DNA from: Candidatus Latescibacterota bacterium | Lineage (GTDB): Bacteria; Latescibacterota; UBA2968; UBA8231 | Direction of reading: 5' to 3' | Assembly: GCA_965206595.1 (NCBI GenBank) | Contig: OZ242214.1 | Coordinates: 576,001 to 640,000 of the forward strand | Length of the DNA stretch: 64,000 nt | Shown here: positions 10,020-19,903 of the stretch, piece after piece | How positions within the stretch are numbered: position 1 is the stretch's first letter | How the letters are laid out: the number at the start of each line of letters is the position of its first letter | The notes under the pieces: model-generated | Database searches by the model: none | Seen by the model: the letters and a program-made list of their open reading frames with translations, nothing else | Told to the model about the DNA's origin: nothing | Made by a program: the position numbers and the translations under genes

Positions 10020-11239
10020 TCCTGTTCGAGTCGCTGCGCATCGCCTTCGGGCAGGTCTGGGGCCACAAGCTGCGCTCCATGCTCACCTTGCTCGGCATCC
10101 TGATCGGGGTCGGTTCCGTGGTCGGGATCGTCTCGATCAGCGAGGGGATGCGGCGCATGGTGGTCGGCGAGTTCGGCAAGATCTTCGGCGACAGGATCCT
10201 GCAGGTCAGGCCGCGGGAGTTCGTGCTCAGGGACGGGCGCTGGGTTCTCAACCACCGGTTCCGGCCGATGACGATGGAGGACGTCGCGCTGGTGGAAGGG
10301 GTTTCGGACCGCATCGAGGCGGTCCTTCCGATGCTGTCCGCCAACGCGCAGATGCGCTACGCCAAGGCGACCTGGAACGGCCAGCTCGAGGCCACGGTGC
10401 CGGCCTACGCCGAGGCCTACGACTGGCGCGCCGGCAAGGGCCGATTCCTCCTGCCCCGGGACCTGAGCGCCGCCCGCAGCGTCTGCGTGCTCGGCATGCA
10501 GGCGAAGGAGGCGCTTTTCGGCCGCGCCCCCGCGGTCGGGCGGGAGGTGAAGCTCAACGGCGAGCGCTACACGGTGGCCGGGGTCATGGAGGAACGCACC
10601 CTTTTCGGCCAGGAGTGGAGCAGCATCGTCTTCGTGCCGGCGACCACGGCGATGCAGCGGCTGTTCGGCACCCGGAAGATCTCCGGGGTCGTCGCCGTCG
10701 CCGCCTCCGCCGAAGAGGTGCCGCGTCTCGGCGCCGACATCGTCGCCGCCCTGCAGGAGAAGTACGGCGGGCGGATGCAGTACGAGGTCGACAGCCCCGG
10801 GAGCTTCGTCAGCCAGATCGAACAGACGATCCTGATCATGAAGCTGGTCAGCGGCGGCATCGCCGGCATCTCCCTGCTGGTCGGCGGCATCGGCATCATG
10901 AACATGATGCTGGTATCGGTCACCGAGCGCACCCGCGAGATCGGCATCCGCAAGGCGATCGGCGCCAAACCTTCGGCGGTGCTCCTGCAGTTCGTCATCG
11001 AGGCGATCGTGCTCAGCCTCTTCGGAGGGCTGCTGGGGGTCGCCGCGGGATTCGGAATCGGCGAGGGGATCTCCGCGGTGATCGGGCGCTATTCCGACAT
11101 CCCCTACCCCAGCGCCGTCTCACCCGCCTCGATCGCCATCGCCCTCGGCATCTCCTCGGCGGTCGGCCTCTTCTTCGGCATCTACCCGGCGGCCCGGGCC
11201 TCGAAGCTCGACCCGGTCGCCGCCCTCGGCTTCGAGTGA
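10016..11239 (+). CDS. MacB/FtsX-like ABC permease
   Basis: '[16 protein letters not shown]', '[17 protein letters not shown]', '[20 protein letters not shown]'. Confidence 0.92.
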   Translation: MILFESLRIAFGQVWGHKLRSMLTLLGILIGVGSVVGIVSISEGMRRMVVGEFGKIFGDRILQVRPREFVLRDGRWVLNHRFRPMTMEDVALVEGVSDRIEAVLPMLSANAQMRYAKATWNGQLEATVPAYAEAYDWRAGKGRFLLPRDLSAARSVCVLGMQAKEALFGRAPAVGREVKLNGERYTVAGVMEERTLFGQEWSSIVFVPATTAMQRLFGTRKISGVVAVAASAEEVPRLGADIVAALQEKYGGRMQYEVDSPGSFVSQIEQTILIMKLVSGGIAGISLLVGGIGIMNMMLVSVTERTREIGIRKAIGAKPSAVLLQFVIEAIVLSLFGGLLGVAAGFGIGEGISAVIGRYSDIPYPSAVSPASIAIALGISSAVGLFFGIYPAARASKLDPVAALGFE

Positions 11240-11246
11240 TCCGGCG

Positions 11247-11945
11247 ATGCTGATCGAGCTGAAAGGGATCGAGAAGGTCTACGAGATGGGGGCCGAGGAC
11301 GTGCGCGCCCTGCGCGGCGTCGACCTCGACATCGAACGGGGGGAATACGCCGCCGTCATGGGTCCCTCCGGGTCGGGCAAGTCGACGCTGATGAACATCG
11401 TCGGATGCCTCGACACCCCGAGCGCCGGATCCTACCGCCTCAACGGCACGGACGTGTCGGAGATGAACCCCAACGAGCTCGCCGACGTGCGCAACCAGCA
11501 GATCGGCTTCGTCTTCCAGACCTTCAACCTACTGGCCCGCTCCAGCGCCTTCCACAACGTCGAGCTGCCCCTGGTCTACGCCGGGACGAGGCGGGGCGAG
11601 CGCCGGGACAGGACCGAGGCGGCGCTCGAGCGCGTCGGCCTGGCAGACCGCATGGACCATCGGCCCGCGGAGCTGTCCGGGGGGCAGCGGCAGCGCGTGG
11701 CCATCGCCCGGGCCCTCGTCAACGAGCCCTCGCTGCTGCTCGCCGACGAGCCGACGGGCAACCTCGACAGCCGCACCGGTGAGGAGATCATGGGGCTCTT
11801 CGACCACCTGCACGCCGAGGGGAACACCGTCATTCTCGTCACCCACGAGCAGCATGTCGCCGGCCACGCCCGGCGCAGGATCGCCATCCTCGACGGCCTA
11901 GTGGCTTCCGACGAGAGGGAGGGTCAGCCCGCAGACGGCTCCTGA
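11247..11945 (+). CDS. ABC transporter ATP-binding protein (LolD/MacB/YknY type)
   Basis: Walker A GPSGSGKS, signature LSGGQRQR, Walker [13 protein letters not shown], 'VTHE'. Confidence 0.95.
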   Translation: MLIELKGIEKVYEMGAEDVRALRGVDLDIERGEYAAVMGPSGSGKSTLMNIVGCLDTPSAGSYRLNGTDVSEMNPNELADVRNQQIGFVFQTFNLLARSSAFHNVELPLVYAGTRRGERRDRTEAALERVGLADRMDHRPAELSGGQRQRVAIARALVNEPSLLLADEPTGNLDSRTGEEIMGLFDHLHAEGNTVILVTHEQHVAGHARRRIAILDGLVASDEREGQPADGS

Positions 11946-12208
11946 GACCCGGCCGCCAGCTTGGCTAGGACGAAGTCGACGATCGCGTCGGAAGTCTCGA
12001 ACAGCTCGATGCGCAGCTCCTCGTCGTCGATTTCGAAGCCGAACTCCTCCTCCAGGCCGGCGATCAGCTCGAGCGATGCGACCGACGAGGCGCCCCCCTC
12101 ACCGAAAAGGGGCTCATCGTCGGGAATCTCCTCCGGATCGACGTCGAGCCCAAGGGTCGCGGCGATCGTCCGCTTAACCCGCTTCCTCGTCTCCTCGCGT
12201 TTCGACAT
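11924..12208 (-). CDS. Acyl carrier protein-like
   Basis: ATG 12208 after GGAGCAGGAG; acidic 94 aa; '[32 protein letters not shown]' matches ACP helix II with SSV in place of DSL. Confidence 0.8.
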   Translation of the reverse strand: MSKREETRKRVKRTIAATLGLDVDPEEIPDDEPLFGEGGASSVASLELIAGLEEEFGFEIDDEELRIELFETSDAIVDFVLAKLAAGSQEPSAG

Positions 12209-14155
12209 TCTCCTGCTCCGTGTTCCGTGAAAAGTGCGCAATCACCGCCTCGACCAGGCGGTCCTCCCCCGCTCCCGACAGAATCGCCGCCGCGGGAATG
12301 CCGAAGCGGTCTTCGAGGCGGCCCAGGTTACTGTCGATCTCCTCGCCCGACATCTGGCGCGGGGTGATCCAGCTGCGCCCGTACGCGGCGCGGATGTGCT
12401 TCTCCTTGTCGCTCATGGCCAGGGCGATGGTCGGGGCCTTCGCCAGTCCCCGCAGGCAGGCGATGGTATCCTCGATGTACTCCTCGGGGTCGATGCTGTT
12501 GACCACCAGGACAACGGCGTCCGGCCTGGTTCCGAGCAGGAAGCCGAGCGAGGTCATGGTGTGGGTCGCCGGGTGCTCGATGGCGTAGGGAATGGTCCCG
12601 GACTGACACCCCACCAAGAGGATGTCCGGGCTCCGGAGATGGGCGATCTCCCGCATCTTGGCGTCGAGAAACGGGGCGTACCACTGCAGCGGCAGCTCGA
12701 GCGGCGACGCGTACCCCATCGGGAAGGCGAAGTCCATGCCGAACAGGGCGGAGTGGTGCTCGGTGCCGACCTGGCCGACCGCGTATCCCGCTTCTTGCAG
12801 GCGCCGCCGCAGGGCCAGCTGCAGGGTGAACTTCCCCTGCTGCGAGCTGGTTCCGAACACCCCGAGCACCGGGACGTCGACGGCGCCGTACCGGCTCGAG
12901 CGGCGCAGCAGCCCCTCGACCTCGGCGTTGTCGACCTGGGGGCTGGCGATCTTCAGGTTGCGGCGCCGGGCCTCGGCGTGAAGATCCCCGTACTGATCCG
13001 GAGAGACCGGCAGGAAGCTGAAGACGTTAAGCCCCGCCCCCAGGGCCGCGGCGACCGACTCCCGCAGGACGTCCCGCTTGCCGATGCGACCCAGCTCGTC
13101 GACGTACCCCAGGATCAGCGAGTCCGCACCGCGCAGGGCCACCCCCAGCTTCGGGGAGATGCGGATCCCGACGGCAGGCAGCCCGAGGGCCTCGCCGGCA
13201 TCCTTGCCCGCCAGCCCCTTGCCAGCAGGGTCGGCTATGCCGACTACCTCGAAGTCGAGGTGTTTCAGGTGCCGGACCAGGCTGTGCATCTCCTTGTTGA
13301 AGGGGTACAGCGCTGCCTTGCGGATCCAGCCAGGGAGGTCGCCTTCCCGGGGACGCGGCGCCTGCTCCCGGGGGGCGGTACGGGCATGGCGCCCGCGCTT
13401 TCGGAAACGCGGGAGGCTCCCCCTTCGGCCTGGGCGTTGGCCTTCAGGACCTCGCGCACCTCCTCGAGGCCGGCTCCCGGGGAGGCTTCCCTTATGAGGG
13501 CGACGATGCCGCTTATGTGGGGGGCGGCGAAGCTGGTTCCCGCGGTCATCACCTCGCGCGGCTGCACCCAGCAGAGCCGCTGCTCGTCGCCGCGGGCGAC
13601 GCACTCGATCGGCTTCCCTTCCCTGTAGTGATACGCGTAGCGGCCGGCGACCTTGTCGCCGGTTACTCCGATGACGTCGGGCAGGACGGCCGGGTAGCTC
13701 TCGAGCCCCTCGTTATGCTCTGCGGACACCAAGATGACCCCGGCGCCGGCCGCTTCCCGGGCGGCCCCGGCCAGGGGGCGGCGAAAGCTCGGGTCCGTGG
13801 TCCCGAGGCTGAGATTGACGACATCCATCCCCTCGTCGAGGCACCATCGCAGGGCCTCGACCAGGACGCTTCCGTCGGCGCTGAGGGATTCGTCGAAGAT
13901 GCGCACGCTGTAGATGGACGCGGCCGGGGCCTTCCCGAGGATGATCCCGGCGCAGGCGGTGCCGTGGCCGGCCCTGTCGGCGATTTTCGGGGCCTGCTCG
14001 ATGCCGCCGTCCTTTGCGACCGACAGGGCGACCCCGCCGGCCACGCGGATCCGCGGATGCGTCGGGTCGACCCCGCTGTCGACGACAGCGACCCTGACGC
14101 CGGCGCCGGTGAGGGTTTCAAAGGACAGTTGCAGAGAGCTGGGCGGTGGTGTCAT
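12174..14155 (-). CDS. S8 subtilase fused to a DUF1611/DgcN-like P-loop domain, frameshifted near the G6 run at 13370-13375
   Basis: S8 triad 'VAVVDSG', 'GHGTACAGII', 'GTSFAAPHISG'; the second frame gives 'IRKAALYPFNKEMHSL...VLGVFGTSSQQGKFTLQL...GQVGTE...LLGTRPDAVVL'; AAGGAG before ATG 14155; no signal peptide. Confidence 0.75.
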
Positions 14156-14452
14156 GGGATCGGGCGCTCCTTGGGCGTAGTGGAAGGAGGCCGGGCAACC
14201 TGCGGTGCGGCCGTCCCGCCTCTCCAAGTAGACGTGCCCGCGGCGGGAAGTGCTAGCGCCTCCGTGCGCAATTCCGCGTGAATCTGGTCGCCGCGGCACC
14301 CGCATCGGCGCCCTCGTCCGTACGCTGACATACGCGCGCAGACCCCTTGCGCCGGGCCCCGGCCCTGTCCTGGCGCTAGTACCCCGCCGCCCGGGTGCGT
14401 CTGATGGATAGCGCGCTCACCGACAATCCATTCGCAGCCCAGGAGGCTTCCC

Positions 14453-15628
14453 ATGGCGGAAACCGCCGTACTGCCGCTCAACGAAGACCCGCCGGTGAGA
14501 GGGTATCTCCGGCACGCCTTCCTCTTCTCCATTCTCGCCACCGACGACCTCTACCTGCCCTGGCTGTTCGGCGGCAACTACACCCAGCTGGTCTTCGACC
14601 GCGACCCGGGCTGGATGCCGCTCGACTTCTACAGCCCCCTCGGCTACAGCGGCAGCGGCTTCGCCTGTCCCTTTCTCGATACCCAGTGGATCGGGCGCTC
14701 CCTGATCGAGGGCGGCTACAGCAGCCTGGTCCCGTTTCTGATCGAGAGCATCGACGACGGCTACTACGCGAGATTGACCGTGGACGAGTTCTATCTGCCC
14801 GGGAGGACCTCCTACCGGCGACGCCACTTCCTGCACAGCCTGCTCGTGCACGGGTACGACCGGGGCCGCGGGATCTTCCGGGTGGCGGGCTATCTTCCGA
14901 ACGGGGAGTACGGGTCCTCCGAGGCGACCTTCACAGAGCTGGAGGCGGCGTTCGCCGTCGGCCTGGAGCCTCTGGAGGAAGGGGACGGCGACGGGAACGG
15001 GGGCATGCCGCTCAGGTTCGACGGCGTCGGCTCGCGCGCCGACCTGCGGCGCTGCATGTACAGCAAACAGCTGAGCAACGTCGAATCGAACAGGGTCCGG
15101 CTTGTCCGCTACGACCGCGAGGCCCGCTTCGAGCTCGACTTCGGGGCGGCCCTGGAGATGCTCGAGGACTACGCGAATTCCGCCCCGACGCCGTGCCGGT
15201 TCGCGAGCATCCTCACCTTCCCGAACAAGGTCTACACCCTCGGGCAGCCCATCCCCGACAGGGAGGACCTCACCTTCGGCGTCGAAATCTACCGCTGCCT
15301 GCAGTGGTGGATGGAGGAAATCCTGGGTGGGCGCCGGGAACTCGACATCATCCCCTTCCACGTGCTCTGGGAGCACAAGAAGATCATGGTATCGCGGCTG
15401 GAGTACTTCGAGAGGAACGGCTACCTCGACCCCTCGCTGGCCCTGTCGGCCCGCTACGGGGAAATCGAGGCCGGGGCCGCGCACCTGCGGCTGCTGATGC
15501 TGCGCTGCCGCATGAAACAGGACCGGAAGCTGCTGGCGCGCTCCCTCGCCCGGGTCGACAACCTCCGGGAGAAGGAATCCGAAGTGCTGGGCGGCGTCCT
15601 GCGCGCCGCCCGGGCGGCGCAGCCCTGA
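14453..15628 (+). CDS. Hypothetical protein with a BtrH N-terminal / papain-like fold
   Basis: AGGAGG SD; 'FLIESIDDGYY...VDEFYLP...HFLHSLLVHGYD' His/Asp strand pattern of BtrH/C39-like folds; helical C-terminus. Confidence 0.6.
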   Translation: MAETAVLPLNEDPPVRGYLRHAFLFSILATDDLYLPWLFGGNYTQLVFDRDPGWMPLDFYSPLGYSGSGFACPFLDTQWIGRSLIEGGYSSLVPFLIESIDDGYYARLTVDEFYLPGRTSYRRRHFLHSLLVHGYDRGRGIFRVAGYLPNGEYGSSEATFTELEAAFAVGLEPLEEGDGDGNGGMPLRFDGVGSRADLRRCMYSKQLSNVESNRVRLVRYDREARFELDFGAALEMLEDYANSAPTPCRFASILTFPNKVYTLGQPIPDREDLTFGVEIYRCLQWWMEEILGGRRELDIIPFHVLWEHKKIMVSRLEYFERNGYLDPSLALSARYGEIEAGAAHLRLLMLRCRMKQDRKLLARSLARVDNLREKESEVLGGVLRAARAAQP

Positions 15629-15651
15629 GCGGACGCAGGCGCCGGCCTGCG

Positions 15652-16299
15652 CTACTCCGGGGATCCTCCGTTCATCCTGCCGTTTCCCCCCTCCCTCTCC
15701 CTGCGCCGCAGCCAGCCCGGGATTCTCCGCAGCGACGCCATGATCTGCAGCAGCAGCCGCTGGTGGCGCGCCTTGCTGACGGTCAGCTCCGCCAGCTTGA
15801 TCCAGGGGGCGCGCTCCCGCACGTGACCTTCCGCCCTCGACAGATGCGCCCTCACCGACTCCTCGGCGAGGCCGAGAAAACGCGCGATCTCCTCGCAGGA
15901 GCTCCCCTCGATATGGAAAAGCACGAAGATGCGGCGGCTTTCCCGGGGGATCTCGTCCAGGAGGTTCCAGAGTTTCGCCGGCACCTCGACCCTTTTCTCG
16001 GAATCCTTGTCCTCCGGGGGGAGCGGCTCTCCCTTCATGTAGGCGTGAACGCGCCCATCCGGCTCTTTCCCCGCCTTTCCCGAGCCCTTCTCCGCGTAGC
16101 GGCTGACGGCCCCGTTCACAGGCCGGACCAGCACGGCAACGAGCTCGCGCAGAAAACGGCGGGCTTCTTCTTCGATTTTCTGCATCATACCGGCGGCAGC
16201 CCCCTGCAGGGAAACCGCGCGACAGCTGACGGGATCCGCCTGAATCAGGCTGAGGCGATCCTCATCACTGCGGATTTTCAGGTCTCTCATTCTCATCAT
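15652..16299 (-). CDS. Protein with an ECF sigma-70 region-4 HTH; region 2 not recognisable
   Basis: 'LLDEIPRESRRIFVLFHIEGSSCEEIARFLGLAEESVRAHLSRA'; start uncertain. Confidence 0.6.
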   Translation of the reverse strand: MMRMRDLKIRSDEDRLSLIQADPVSCRAVSLQGAAAGMMQKIEEEARRFLRELVAVLVRPVNGAVSRYAEKGSGKAGKEPDGRVHAYMKGEPLPPEDKDSEKRVEVPAKLWNLLDEIPRESRRIFVLFHIEGSSCEEIARFLGLAEESVRAHLSRAEGHVRERAPWIKLAELTVSKARHQRLLLQIMASLRRIPGWLRRREREGGNGRMNGGSPE

Positions 16300-16470
16300 G
16301 TGGTTCGTTCGTCTCCCATGGCTATTCTCAACGGCTTCACATATCTGACGACAATGGACAGCGAAGTACTATGTGGCAGAATGAGTTGTCCCCGACAACG
16401 TGTGCAGTCCCCCCGTTTAACTGCCACGGACCGCCTTCGCGGCGGTCATCCGGACGGACGGAACACGAAC

Positions 16471-17523
16471 CTATATCCAGCCGTGCTCGATGGTGGTGGG
16501 GGAGCCCGAGGCCTGGTGGCTCCACCCCAGGCCGCTGTCGAGGAGGACGTCACGCCCGGTGATCGCCGACTTCTCCGCGGCGAACAGGATCTCCATGATG
16601 TGGCGTCCGTACTCTCCGTGCGCGGGGGGCTCGATGCCGCTCTCTATCGCCTCGACGAAGCCCTTCCACTCGTTGTGCATTTCGTGCGGGGTGTCCTCGA
16701 ACGGCACGTCCTCCCACCGGTCCCCGCGGCCTATCCTGACGTACTTGCCGTCCGCGCCGTGCTGGTTGAAGCGCAGGGTTCCGTTGGCGCAGATCACCTG
16801 GCACTCGAAGTTCGGCGCCCCGTCGGCGAAGCCCACGGCGACGGCGACCCCGCCCAGGCCGTTCTTGTAGCGGATGAAGGCGGTGGCCGAATCGTCGGCC
16901 GCCTGGTAGTGGGCGCGCGTGCCGATCACCGCCGACACCGAGACCGCCTGCGAGGCCATGACCCAGGTGAGGCGGTCGACGACGTGAACGCCGTTGGTCA
17001 GCCACATGCCGCCGCCGTGGAAGCGGCTGCGGTACTGGGGCCGGCGCGAGCGGCCGCTCCAGTTCTTCGACATGTAGCTCACCGCGGTGATCATGGGCCC
17101 CAGCTCCCCGGAGTCGAGGATCTCCTTCGCCTTGACGCTGGTGGCGTAGAAGTGCTGCGACAGGCCCACCATCAGCTTGACGCCGTTGGCCCGCGCCGCT
17201 TCGACCATGTCGTCGCACTGCGGCAGAGAGATCGCCATCGGCTTCTCGACCAGCACGTGCTTGCCGGCGTTGCAGGCGTCGACGGTCAGCCGGTGATGGA
17301 GCTGGTGGCCGAGCACCACCGCCACGGCGTCGACCTCGTCGTCTTTCAGCAGCTCGGTATGCGAGGAGTAGCCGCGCGGGATGCCGTACTTCTCCATGAA
17401 CTCCGCCCGCTTCTCCTCGAAGAGGTCGGCGACGGCGACGACCTCGACGCCGTCGAGGCCGGAGATGGCGTCGCAGTGCGAGGTGGCGATGCCGCCCAGT
17501 CCTATGATCCCTGCTCGTATCAT
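16471..17523 (-). CDS. Gfo/Idh/MocA family oxidoreductase
   Basis: 'GIIGLGGIA', 'AGKHVLVEKPMA', 'GGGMWLTNGVH'. Confidence 0.92.
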   Translation of the reverse strand: MIRAGIIGLGGIATSHCDAISGLDGVEVVAVADLFEEKRAEFMEKYGIPRGYSSHTELLKDDEVDAVAVVLGHQLHHRLTVDACNAGKHVLVEKPMAISLPQCDDMVEAARANGVKLMVGLSQHFYATSVKAKEILDSGELGPMITAVSYMSKNWSGRSRRPQYRSRFHGGGMWLTNGVHVVDRLTWVMASQAVSVSAVIGTRAHYQAADDSATAFIRYKNGLGGVAVAVGFADGAPNFECQVICANGTLRFNQHGADGKYVRIGRGDRWEDVPFEDTPHEMHNEWKGFVEAIESGIEPPAHGEYGRHIMEILFAAEKSAITGRDVLLDSGLGWSHQASGSPTTIEHGWI

Positions 17524-17560
17524 TGCGTGGATTGCTCCCTGGTGTGTGCCGCCGAAACCG

Positions 17561-18886
17561 TCACCCGACTTCGGCCAGCGCCCTGCCGAAGGCCTCGACG
17601 AAGCCGTCGATGTCCGCGGCCTGCGTCGGCAGTGAGACGGCGTTCATGCCGAGGGCATGGCAGAGGAAATACCCCTGGTTCAACAGCGACAGGAACACCG
17701 GGGCGTTGAGCTCCTTGTCGCAGTGCGCCAGGCTGCGGTAGCAGCGCGGCTGCTCCTCGGTGAAGTATATGCTGAACACCGAGCCGTCGCGCACCGCCCT
17801 GCCGGGGATGCCGGCGCCCTCCAGTTCCTTCTCGACTCCGGCGCACAGCCTTTCCGTCAACCCGTTCACGTGGGCGAAGGCCTCCGGGGTCAGCTGGTCG
17901 AGGGTGGCCCTGCCCGCGGCCATCACCAGGGCGTGGGCGCTGTGGGTGCCGCTCTGGAAGACCCGCGCCGGCCCTGCGGAGTTGTCGGTCAGGTCCATGA
18001 GGTCGCCCCGGCCCCCGAACGCCCCGACCGGGAAGCCGCCGCCGACGATCTTGCCGTACGTGCTGAGGTCCGGCCGGATCCCGAACTGCTCCTGAATACC
18101 GCCGGTGCCGACCCGGAAACCGACGATCTCGTCGCACAGGAGGATGAGGCCGTGCCTTCTCGCGGTGGCCTCGACGGCGCGGGCGAACTCCGGCCGCTGC
18201 GGCATGACCCCGGCCTTGGGATCGAACATGATGCAGGCCAGCTCGCCGGCGTGGGCGGCGACGATCCGCTCCACCGCGGCCTCGTCGTCGTAGGGCAGGA
18301 TGACCACCGCATCGGCGGCGTTGGGAGCCATGCCCCCGGCCCCGGGCACCGCCACCGGCGCCTCCGCGGGCCCGGCCCGGTCCAGGGGCGGGGCGACGCT
18401 GATCTCGACGCCGTCGTGGTTGCCGTGGTACCCCCCTTCGAACTTGGCGATCTTCGGCCTGCCGCTGAACTCGCGCGCCAGGCGCACGGCGTGCAAGGTC
18501 GCCTCGGTTCCGGAATTGCAGAAGCGGACGCTGTCGAGGGAGGCGACACGGCGGCACATCTCCTCGGCCATCTCGACCTCGTTCCCCATGCTCGCCCCGA
18601 GGGCGACGCCCCGTTTCATCTGGCTTGCGATCGCCGCCATGACCGCCGGGTGGTTGTGCCCGAGCACCTGCGCGGTGTGGTGATTGGCCAGATCGAGGTA
18701 GCGGTGGCCGTCGGCATCCCACACGAACTGGCCCTCGCCCCGTTCCAGGGACAGCGGAAACGGGGGGTGGAAGTAGGCCCCCTTCACACCTCCCGGCATC
18801 ACTTTGCGGACGCGCTCGAACAGGGCCCGCGAGCGCGGGTTGGCGGCGCTGTAGCGTTCTGAAACGGCTTCGAATTTCGGGTTCAA
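17561..18886 (-). CDS. Class III PLP aminotransferase, glutamate-1-semialdehyde aminomutase-like
   Basis: 'DADGHRYLD', 'RFCNSGTEA', 'KFEGGYHG', 'DEIVGFR', 'YGKIVGGGFPVGA'; TTG start. Confidence 0.88.
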   Translation of the reverse strand: MNPKFEAVSERYSAANPRSRALFERVRKVMPGGVKGAYFHPPFPLSLERGEGQFVWDADGHRYLDLANHHTAQVLGHNHPAVMAAIASQMKRGVALGASMGNEVEMAEEMCRRVASLDSVRFCNSGTEATLHAVRLAREFSGRPKIAKFEGGYHGNHDGVEISVAPPLDRAGPAEAPVAVPGAGGMAPNAADAVVILPYDDEAAVERIVAAHAGELACIMFDPKAGVMPQRPEFARAVEATARRHGLILLCDEIVGFRVGTGGIQEQFGIRPDLSTYGKIVGGGFPVGAFGGRGDLMDLTDNSAGPARVFQSGTHSAHALVMAAGRATLDQLTPEAFAHVNGLTERLCAGVEKELEGAGIPGRAVRDGSVFSIYFTEEQPRCYRSLAHCDKELNAPVFLSLLNQGYFLCHALGMNAVSLPTQAADIDGFVEAFGRALAEVG

Positions 18887-19167
18887 AAGACCTCTTTCCT
18901 GTTCGCGAAAAAGCGCCAGCGTGCCGGAAGATCCGGCCGCCGACTGCGTTGAGCGGCAAGTCTATGGATACCGCGCGGCGACTGTCAATTTGGGTTCCAG
19001 CCGGGGACACTGCCGGGCTTCATCGACCTCAATTGCTGCTCGACAGGCCATCCCGAACAAGGGTTTTCGGGCATGGATTATCGCTATGTGCCACTTCCGC
19101 TTCCGCCCCTTCAAGTCGACCCGCAGGAGTTTCACGCTTGTGGTTGTCACCCGATTGAAAAAATCTC

Positions 19168-19200
19168 TTGACTTCACGCCCCCCCCCCCCCCCTTACCAT
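19168..19200 (+). promoter_or_regulatory. Sigma70-like promoter with a poly-C(15) spacer (candidate phase-variable promoter)
   Basis: TTGACT 19168-19173, C15 19179-19193, TACCAT 19195-19200; spacer currently 21 bp; A-rich tract upstream. Confidence 0.6.
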
Positions 19201-19300
19201 GCCCGCACCTTTGGTCACCAGCGGTTAGTGCTTGGGAAAGGTTGGGGTCGGGGTAGTGAAGCCGGGGTGATCCCTCTCACTGCAAGGCGGTTTGGAAGGC

Positions 19301-19903
19301 ATGACCTCCCGCAAGCCTGCAGTCCTGATCGCCTGCGTCCTGATCCTGGGCCTGACCGGCGGAGTCGCCGCCCTCCTTCACTTCTACTCCGAAGCCCGCG
19401 CCCGCCACTTCGCTCCCGCGCTTCCGGCGCTCCCCTCCGCAACACAGCTTCTCGCCACCACCCGTCAGTTCGACCCCTCGCTCGCTTCCATCGACCTCCA
19501 GTTGCTCCACGAAGCCCGTCCCCTGCCCCGCTCCGGTCTGCTGCAGCTCTACCGGGTCTCCGACCACGGCCGCCCGGTCTACGCCCTGGCCCTGGTTCGT
19601 CACGACATCGCCTGCAGCACCTGCCGCGACCTGCTGGCCGCGGTCTACCTGACCGCCTCGACCCGGGAGATCGCCGGGGTGGCGCCCCTGGAAGCCTGGG
19701 AGAAGGAGGGCGGCTTCTTCGATCCGGACGCGTTCCTGTCCCAACTGAAGGGGACCTCCCTGGGCGATTCGTTGCGGCTGGGAAAAGACCTGGACGGCAT
19801 CAGCGGGGCGACGCTGACGGTCGGGGCCATGCTGACCGAGCTGCGCGGGCTGCGTTCCTGGTTCGCCTCGAGACCGCCAAATGGGAGCAACGGAAATGGC
19901 TGA
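19301..19903 (+). CDS. Membrane-anchored FMN-binding (flavinylation) domain protein
   Basis: N-terminal TM; 'LDGISGATLT' matches the SGAT flavinylation motif of RnfG/NqrC-like domains; also CxxC 'CSTC'. Confidence 0.7.
   Translation: MTSRKPAVLIACVLILGLTGGVAALLHFYSEARARHFAPALPALPSATQLLATTRQFDPSLASIDLQLLHEARPLPRSGLLQLYRVSDHGRPVYALALVRHDIACSTCRDLLAAVYLTASTREIAGVAPLEAWEKEGGFFDPDAFLSQLKGTSLGDSLRLGKDLDGISGATLTVGAMLTELRGLRSWFASRPPNGSNGNG

Noticed and set aside
8791-11253. 820-aa 'fused' permease ORF
   Set aside because: Artefact of the frameshift near 9880; the true C-terminus ends at 10019 and the rest is an off-frame read of the second permease
14152-14331. Short minus-strand ORF (MSAYGRGRRCGCRG...) upstream of the subtilase as a possible precursor peptide
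   Set aside because: No clear SD or leader/core pattern, and it lies in a divergent promoter region; cannot be supported
16514-16523. 10-bp match (TGGTGGCTCC) to the tRNA-Phe 3' end as a possible att site
   Set aside because: Short, inside an intact gene, plausible by chance, and no integrase nearby
14395-17709. 1104-aa plus-strand ORF and many other long overlapping ORFs
   Set aside because: Arg/Pro/Gly-rich shadow frames of well-supported genes, expected in high-GC DNA
17561-18886. Calling this gene hemL
   Set aside because: Fold matches, but the context is catabolic with no tetrapyrrole genes, so it is likely a paralog
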